Below, in pieces: positions 57,878 through 64,000 of a DNA stretch of 64,000 bases; the stretch's first letter is position 1; every line of letters begins with the position of its first letter. A program made the translations under genes and the position numbers. The DNA lies in contig JARIGS010000004.1 in assembly GCA_029288725.1 (NCBI GenBank), positions 15,132 through 79,131 on the forward strand. Reading direction: 5' to 3'. The notes under the pieces are model-generated. The model made no database searches and was not told the DNA's origin. It saw only the letters and a program-made list of their open reading frames with translations. The DNA comes from Candidatus Nomurabacteria bacterium. GTDB lineage: Bacteria; Patescibacteriota; Minisyncoccia; Phycocordibacterales; UBA9973.

Positions 57878-58924
57878 GTGAAGTTACATACTCGGAAAAG
57901 GACGACGCTCCAACTGGCAGGGGCAGGGTTGCTAGTAATAACGCTAGGAATCATAATAGGCTGGTTTGCTCATGGGGATGCTGGACATGCGGCTACTGTT
58001 ACCCCGAAGCTAGTACGAGAAAACTCTTTTTCTTATAAGTTCATCAATCCGATTATCCTGGCTCAGGTACCAGAAAATACCTCCATTCCGGAATTTCAGA
58101 CTCTTAAGAAAAACATCACAGCCTACATTACTACTGCCAAGGCCGATAAGAATGTGGCCGATGCCTCAGTCTATTTTCGACAGCTCAATACTGACAGTTG
58201 GATTGGGGTGAATGTCGATGACCTGTATGCTCCTGCTAGTATGCTCAAGGCGGTCTCACTTATTAGTTTTCTCCATGCTGTCCAACAGAATCCATCCTTG
58301 TACACCACTACTACCGCTATTACTTCCCAGGATGTGAACACTAATATCAATCAGGACTACTATTCTCCCAAGGACCCTATCGAGGTAGGGGAAACGTATC
58401 CTTCAAGCGAACTGCTGTCATACATGATTATCAATTCAGACAATACTGCTGCCAATGCCGTCAACGATATACTCGGTACTTCAGCACTCAATCAAACTTA
58501 TAGTGATCTGACCTTGCCCGTGCTGACCAGTACAACACCTGCTGACTTTATGTCACCGAAAATGTTTTCGCGAGTATTTAGAACTCTCTATAACGGAGCC
58601 TATCTGTCGGGTGCCGTTTCCGAACAGGCCCTTGATTTGATGAGCAAGACAACCTTCACCCAGGGCTTGGTGGCCGGTGTACCGTTTGGCACAGTGGTAT
58701 CCCACAAGTTTGGGGAGCGTACTCTTACCACCAAGAATGCTGATGGTACCAGTACTACGGTACGCGAATTGCATGACTGTGGCATTGTCTATGCACCCAA
58801 TGATCCCTATCTGCTCTGTGTCATGACAAAGGGGAATGCATTTACCTCACTGCAAAAGGTCATTGCTGATATTTCCGCCATGTCCTGGCAGTCTGTCCAG
58901 CATTTGGATAGCCAGAAAGGATAG
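57878..58924 (+). CDS. Membrane-anchored class A beta-lactamase-like serine hydrolase. The start is uncertain (non-ATG; GTG 57878 proposed).
   Basis: 'ASMLKAVSL' (SxxK), 'INSDNTAAN' (SDN), later 'HKFGERT'. N-terminal TM 'LQLAGAGLLVITLGIIIGWFA'. There is no in-frame ATG before the TM, and the track start at 57842 lies inside the upstream terminator. Confidence 0.6.
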   Translation: MKLHTRKRTTLQLAGAGLLVITLGIIIGWFAHGDAGHAATVTPKLVRENSFSYKFINPIILAQVPENTSIPEFQTLKKNITAYITTAKADKNVADASVYFRQLNTDSWIGVNVDDLYAPASMLKAVSLISFLHAVQQNPSLYTTTTAITSQDVNTNINQDYYSPKDPIEVGETYPSSELLSYMIINSDNTAANAVNDILGTSALNQTYSDLTLPVLTSTTPADFMSPKMFSRVFRTLYNGAYLSGAVSEQALDLMSKTTFTQGLVAGVPFGTVVSHKFGERTLTTKNADGTSTTVRELHDCGIVYAPNDPYLLCVMTKGNAFTSLQKVIADISAMSWQSVQHLDSQKG

Positions 58925-58944
58925 TGTAGTATTAGGGTACTTGT

Positions 58945-60966
58945 ATGGAACAGCCTGTCATCAACGCCAAAAAAACCATTTTCTGGATTGTGGCATTGCT
59001 CATTATTGTTGCCCCACTCATTATCTCGAAGGTAATAGTCTATGAATATATCAATCCAAAACTCTTTACCATCGAATTGGGATTGGGGTTGGTTATTGCA
59101 CTGACTCTGCTTCTTGCTCCACTGGCTATATGGAAAAAAGGACTGCGCCAACCGGCAGGATGGGGCATAGGATTGTTTCTAGTAACACTGGTAGGTGCTA
59201 CTTGTGCAAGTATGGATCCTGTTACGTCATGGTTTGGCAATATTGATCGTGGTACTGGTACATTTTTTCTCCTGCTACTAGGAATTGCCGCATGGGCAAT
59301 GGGGTCATTAATGAAAAGGGAAGAGGCACGCAAGTATTTGTTGTTGCCACTTGGTATTTCAGGAGCGATTCTTGCTCTTTCTATTTATGCTGAAGAATTA
59401 GGCTGGGGAGTATTGAAGACAGCTGATACTGGTGGATTTATTGGCAACACATCGATGACGGGTACCTACTTGCTGATGACACTGTTTGTCACGGCGTACT
59501 TGCTCTGGTCCGCATCATCACGCCGTGCCAAGTGGCTCTATGGCATTGCGATAGCAGTGATGCTAATCAACCCTGTCTTTGTGCACTTCTCATTTTTTAC
59601 TCATGACGCGGGACTGTTTTCAGTTGTCGGTGAAGCACGCGGTGCGGCATTTTCAGTATTGTTCGGTCTGGTCATTGCCGGTGGGGTATGGGGCATGACT
59701 TCCGCTGGACAGGTGAAAAAGTGGTGCGGTGCTGTCATCCTCGGTCTTGCGGTACTGTCTGCAGCAATTGGCATTGGCGCTCTGGTGACACCAAACACCA
59801 CTATTCACAACTGGTTCGTCAGTAAGGAAACCGACGTGCGCTTTATTTATTGGAATGCCGCCGTGAAGGGGTTTCAGCATTACCCAGTACTCGGAACAGG
59901 ACCAGAAACCTATGGCTATACGTACCAGCGATACTTTGATCCGATTGTGATGGTGCCCGGCCAATCCGGTGAGATCTGGTCAAACAAGCCACACAATATG
60001 TACCTTCAGGTTTTGACTGAGACAGGAGTAGTGGGTACCATTGGCTATCTTGCGCTCTTTGCCGGACTGATCGTATCGGTCATTGCCGCATACAGAAACG
60101 ATGGCAAAAATGATGAGCAGAGGAAATGGGTAATTATGCTCTCAGGATTATTGGCAGCCTATCTTCTTAATAACCTTATTGTCTTTGATACGGTCACGAG
60201 TTACTTCGCCTTCTTTATTATTGCCGCTGCCATTATTGCGCGGAGTCCGTACAGTTTCGAACAGGTTACAGAGTCAGCCCAGGAAAAGGGATTGCGCATC
60301 ATTGCTGGTCTGGGCGTTATGGTGCTGGTAGTGTGGATTGTCATTCCTCAAATAGTGAAAACTCATCGCGCTTACGAGGAATTCATCATCCCGCTTGATC
60401 GTCGAGCCGCATATTATCAGACCGTGGAAGACACGGCTTCATACGGTGCCGCACTATTTGTCTCACAGCGCGCGGACTTTTCATACGAGCAGATCTTCTC
60501 ACCGAATCTCGCCAGCATCTTGCAGCAAAATCAGGGCAATAAAACAATTGCTGCCAACGCCATTCAGTCTTTGATCGATACCTTGCAGCGTAGCTTTACC
60601 AAGTACCCTCCAAATGTTCAGGGTGAACTGGCAATGGGTAAGTTGGCGAGCATCAAGATGGTGATACTGAATGCGCCTGATTCAGCATCATTGGCAACAA
60701 TGAAGTCGGGAGCGGAAATGGCAGTCAGCCTTGCACCGAACAACCCTAACGGCTATATGCTTCTCGGTCAGGAATATGTCTATGAACAGCAATACAATAA
60801 TGCGTATGCTCAGTTTGAAAAAGCCCGCACATTGGAGCCATTATGGTTAGCGCCTCATATGGCATTGATCAACCTTGCCAACCTCTTGCATGATGACAAA
60901 AAGGCAGCGTTCTACGTTGTGCAAGCGCAGCAGGAAGTGCCTGGTTTTACTGCTACTAAGAAATAA
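58945..60966 (+). CDS. O-antigen ligase (Wzy_C/WaaL)-family polytopic membrane protein with a C-terminal soluble TPR-like domain.
   Basis: 'WNAAVKGFQHYPVLGTGPETYGY...PHNMYLQVLTETGVVG' Wzy_C-like block. At least 10 TM helices. Confidence 0.7.
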   Translation: MEQPVINAKKTIFWIVALLIIVAPLIISKVIVYEYINPKLFTIELGLGLVIALTLLLAPLAIWKKGLRQPAGWGIGLFLVTLVGATCASMDPVTSWFGNIDRGTGTFFLLLLGIAAWAMGSLMKREEARKYLLLPLGISGAILALSIYAEELGWGVLKTADTGGFIGNTSMTGTYLLMTLFVTAYLLWSASSRRAKWLYGIAIAVMLINPVFVHFSFFTHDAGLFSVVGEARGAAFSVLFGLVIAGGVWGMTSAGQVKKWCGAVILGLAVLSAAIGIGALVTPNTTIHNWFVSKETDVRFIYWNAAVKGFQHYPVLGTGPETYGYTYQRYFDPIVMVPGQSGEIWSNKPHNMYLQVLTETGVVGTIGYLALFAGLIVSVIAAYRNDGKNDEQRKWVIMLSGLLAAYLLNNLIVFDTVTSYFAFFIIAAAIIARSPYSFEQVTESAQEKGLRIIAGLGVMVLVVWIVIPQIVKTHRAYEEFIIPLDRRAAYYQTVEDTASYGAALFVSQRADFSYEQIFSPNLASILQQNQGNKTIAANAIQSLIDTLQRSFTKYPPNVQGELAMGKLASIKMVILNAPDSASLATMKSGAEMAVSLAPNNPNGYMLLGQEYVYEQQYNNAYAQFEKARTLEPLWLAPHMALINLANLLHDDKKAAFYVVQAQQEVPGFTATKK

Positions 60967-60974
60967 TTACTGTC

Positions 60975-62978
60975 ATGGCTACACGGACCACACAAGTTGG
61001 CGGAACACTGTCGATGAGGGAACGTATCCTGAAGTGGGGGATTGTTGCCCTAGTTGCCATATTGCCGCTGCTCTACTTTCCTGGAAGAATCGCTTCCTAT
61101 GTTACCTCGAAGCAGTATTTTTTTATTGGTTCAGTTGAAATGCTGGTGGTGCTATGGCTTTGGCTCATGGTCAGTGACGTACGGTACCGCCTGACCAAAA
61201 GAAATTGGCTGTTTCTCATACCCGGCGGACTGTTTCTGCTTTCATTGACGATCAGTGCATGGATGGGCGTTGATCCTTCGACATCATTTTTTTCTACCGT
61301 TGAAAGCGGTACTGGTTTGATCCTGCTGTATCATATCTTTGCATTCACCTGCATGACGGCATCAGTCATCCGCGTCCAGCAGAAAAAGTTCATCACTACA
61401 GCAATGCAAGCAATACTCGCGGCATCAGTAGTGCTGGCTATTGCTACATTCTTTACGGGGGCCAATGGTCTGGTTACCTTGCATAGCGCCATGTTGAACG
61501 GTTCAAGTGGCGGAGCGATGATGGGGAATGTTTTGTTGGTAGGGGCGTACTTCATCTTCTCCTGTTTTTTTGCAATGATCCTATTCAGTCATGAGAAAAT
61601 GCCGCGCAAAAAAATCCTGTATCTCATCAGCTTGGCAGTACTGCTGTTTAGTCCGGTCTATTGGAATGCCACTATCTGGAAGGGGGCATCTTTTGCGGAA
61701 CTTGCAGCATCAAAATACTATGTGCTCGGTGAAGCACGCATTGCTGCTGTGGCACTTGTTATCGGTGCATTGTCTGCAGGATTGCTGTGGTGTGTTCTGC
61801 AAAGGAAAAAAAGGAGCCTGCGTACTGTTGGCTTCATTGGCATTGCAATCGGTCTTGCCGTAAGCTTGATAATGGCAATGGAACTTTTTATTCCAACTAC
61901 CGCTCTCCATCATTTTTTTGTTACCCAGGGTGGCAATAGAACGGTGGACTGGCAAGAGTCAGTGCGAGGCATACAGGAGCGGCCGATCTTTGGCTGGGGG
62001 CCGGAAAATTTCCGTGTGGTCTATCAGCGGTATCTTGATCCGGTCGTCTTCAGTCCTGGTCACGGTAATGAAGTCTGGTCAATGCACCCACACAACAACA
62101 CTCTTGAAGTGTTGATCAACGGTGGATTGATTGGTTTTGTTCTGTACCTCTTTATGCTGGCAAGTCTGGTAACGGGAATGATCCGACTGTATCGAAACGG
62201 TACGCTTGATAGAAAGACTACGGTGTTACTTGCGGGAATGCTGGTGGCATTTGTGCTTCAGCAACAAATGATCTATGACTCTATCGTCAGCTACGTCATG
62301 TTCTTCTTTGTTATTGCCATAGTGGCCGGGCTAGTGGACACTGATCGGCGAGCTCATCGAATCATTCCTGCCCGTTCTGTCGGCATACAGGCAATAGTAT
62401 GGGTCGTAACCATTGCCCTGATTCCCGTATGGTTCTACGCAGCCTACCTGCCGGCGCGCAAGATGGAGGAATTGCAATCTATTGCCACGGCTCATAGTGA
62501 TCAGCGTATCTCACAGTACCAACACCTCTTTCATTCAGCAGGGTCATATGCGATCAATACTGATGCGGAATTTTATACTGATCCACTCTTTTATTCATAC
62601 ACCGGAGAGCAAGAGATGTTAAAACATACCCCAACCTATCAAAAAGTGGCATCAGAAGAATTGGCAGCATTGCTGACGGCGGTTGATCCGGTGTGGCAAG
62701 GTATGCCTCACGATTACCATTTGTCACTTTCACTGCTGCAGATAGAGAATCTGCGGTATTACCTCACTGAAGACTCGATGCAACTACAGCATGCTGACCA
62801 GTATGCCAAGATCGCATTGGCATTGTCACCGACCGATCCGCAGATATACGTTGCCTATGCTCAGACGCTGCTCTACGAGAAAAATATTCCCGCAGCGAGA
62901 ATGATGGTCGACAAGGCATTGGCGCTCAGTCCGTATTATCAGCCGGCAATCAACCTTAAGAAAACATTACCGCTATGA
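60975..62978 (+). CDS. Second O-antigen ligase-family membrane protein, a tandem paralog of the upstream gene.
   Basis: 'GWGPENFRVVYQRYLDPVVFSPGHGNEVWSMHPHNNTLEVLINGGLIG' parallels the upstream paralog. The overall architecture is the same. Confidence 0.7.
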   Translation: MATRTTQVGGTLSMRERILKWGIVALVAILPLLYFPGRIASYVTSKQYFFIGSVEMLVVLWLWLMVSDVRYRLTKRNWLFLIPGGLFLLSLTISAWMGVDPSTSFFSTVESGTGLILLYHIFAFTCMTASVIRVQQKKFITTAMQAILAASVVLAIATFFTGANGLVTLHSAMLNGSSGGAMMGNVLLVGAYFIFSCFFAMILFSHEKMPRKKILYLISLAVLLFSPVYWNATIWKGASFAELAASKYYVLGEARIAAVALVIGALSAGLLWCVLQRKKRSLRTVGFIGIAIGLAVSLIMAMELFIPTTALHHFFVTQGGNRTVDWQESVRGIQERPIFGWGPENFRVVYQRYLDPVVFSPGHGNEVWSMHPHNNTLEVLINGGLIGFVLYLFMLASLVTGMIRLYRNGTLDRKTTVLLAGMLVAFVLQQQMIYDSIVSYVMFFFVIAIVAGLVDTDRRAHRIIPARSVGIQAIVWVVTIALIPVWFYAAYLPARKMEELQSIATAHSDQRISQYQHLFHSAGSYAINTDAEFYTDPLFYSYTGEQEMLKHTPTYQKVASEELAALLTAVDPVWQGMPHDYHLSLSLLQIENLRYYLTEDSMQLQHADQYAKIALALSPTDPQIYVAYAQTLLYEKNIPAARMMVDKALALSPYYQPAINLKKTLPL

Positions 62979-63868
62979 TCATCACCAGACTTTCCGGCGG
63001 CATGGGCAATCAGATGTTTCAGTATGCGACTGGGCGGGCATTGGCGATCAAGTACAATGTGCCGTTGAAAGTCGATACGACCTTTCTTCTGCAACGGGTA
63101 TCGTTCCCGCATTTCTTGCGTCCGCATTTTGTCTTTCGCAACTATGACCTCGATGTTTTTATGATCGATGCTACCATTGCCACTCCTCGTGACATGCGCT
63201 GGTGGCAACGGCCGATACTGTCCGGCAAGCTTATGGTCGGCATTGATGCAATATTGAGAAAGTTTCCATTCCTCAGAGGATGGGAAAAAACATATACGTT
63301 TGACCCTGCAGTTGCATCACTCGGTCCTGATGCCTATCTTGCCGGCTTTTGGCAAAGCCCGAAATACTTTAACGATATTCGGGAAACGCTTTTGCGCGAT
63401 TTCCAGCTTGTGCAGCCAGTAGCTGCACCGACTGAGGCATTGAAACATGAGATAGCAGGTGCGCAATCAGTATGCGTGCATGTTCGTCGCGCTGATATTG
63501 CTGCCAAGGATTTTCATGGAGCGATTGGTACGGAATATTACGATACTGCTATTGCCACGCTCAGCCACAAAGTATCGATTGAGAAAATATACGTATTCTC
63601 AGACGACATTGAGTGGTGCAAGCAGCATATTAATTTCTCCTTTGAAACCATGTTTGTGGGACAGGAATATGCCGGTCAAAAAGGGGAGGAGCATATGGAG
63701 CTGATGCGTCACTGCCGGCATTTCATCATTCCCAACAGTACGTTTTCATGGTGGGCGGCCTGGTTGGCAACTGCTCCAGAGAAAATTGTCATTGCTCCAA
63801 AGCGATGGTTTAACAGTGATACAATAAGTAGTGCAGATCTCATTCCAGCGGAGTGGATACGCCTATAA
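62975..63868 (+). CDS. GT11-family alpha-1,2-fucosyltransferase.
   Basis: 'IITRLSGGMGNQMFQYATGRALA' is the hallmark GT11 N-terminal motif. Start overlaps the previous stop by 4 nt. Confidence 0.8.
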   Translation: MIITRLSGGMGNQMFQYATGRALAIKYNVPLKVDTTFLLQRVSFPHFLRPHFVFRNYDLDVFMIDATIATPRDMRWWQRPILSGKLMVGIDAILRKFPFLRGWEKTYTFDPAVASLGPDAYLAGFWQSPKYFNDIRETLLRDFQLVQPVAAPTEALKHEIAGAQSVCVHVRRADIAAKDFHGAIGTEYYDTAIATLSHKVSIEKIYVFSDDIEWCKQHINFSFETMFVGQEYAGQKGEEHMELMRHCRHFIIPNSTFSWWAAWLATAPEKIVIAPKRWFNSDTISSADLIPAEWIRL

Positions 63869-63877
63869 CAATACCTT

Positions 63878-64000
63878 ATGAAAATTGCATTGATTGCCGG
63901 TGGACTGGATGACATTCCCTCAAAAAAATTTGGCGCGATAGAGATGATACTCTGGAACTACAAGCGCGACTTGGAGGCTCTGGGTCATGAAGTGGTTATT
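63878..64000 (+). CDS. 5' fragment of a probable glycosyltransferase, truncated by the window end.
   Basis: 'MKIALIAGGLDDIPSKKFGAIEMILWNYKRDLEALGHEV' resembles the N-terminus of a GT4-like protein. Only 41 codons are in the window. Confidence 0.35.
   Translation, partial: MKIALIAGGLDDIPSKKFGAIEMILWNYKRDLEALGHEVVI

Overview
This 64-kb window looks like a gene-dense chromosomal segment from a small-genome, CPR/Patescibacteria-like bacterium. GC content is moderate to low, genes are mostly on the plus strand, and almost none have a Shine-Dalgarno motif. All three stop codons appear to be used normally. The core is housekeeping: pheS/pheT, argS, ileS, glyQS, metG, a secE-nusG-rplK block, rpsF-ssb-rpsR, efp, recA, ftsK, recO-like, ndk, msrA/msrB, trhO, FKBP and tatD. 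Accessory features sit between these blocks: (1) a two-component system split by an E1/ThiF-like adenylyltransferase and a GNAT-like protein; (2) a divergent ECF sigma/anti-sigma/secreted repeat-protein operon; (3) an AT-rich dTMP-synthesis module (DHFR-like, dcd carrying an in-frame TAA, Rcl-like, an E. coli-like thyA, and a duplicated-motif DUF); (4) a T-box leader in front of an unusually long ileS that carries an inserted histidine-phosphatase (PGAM-like) domain and a degenerate HIGH motif; (5) a 2506-aa surface protein with N-terminal repeats, two LamG-like modules, a phage tail-fibre-type S74 intramolecular-chaperone C-terminus, and 100%-identical GC-rich islands inside a 2.15-kb tandem repeat; (6) a peptidoglycan-binding surface protein with strongly biased codon usage that looks highly expressed; (7) tandem O-antigen-ligase-like paralogs plus a GT11 fucosyltransferase. 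No CRISPR arrays, rRNA or tRNA genes, or recognisable transposases were found.
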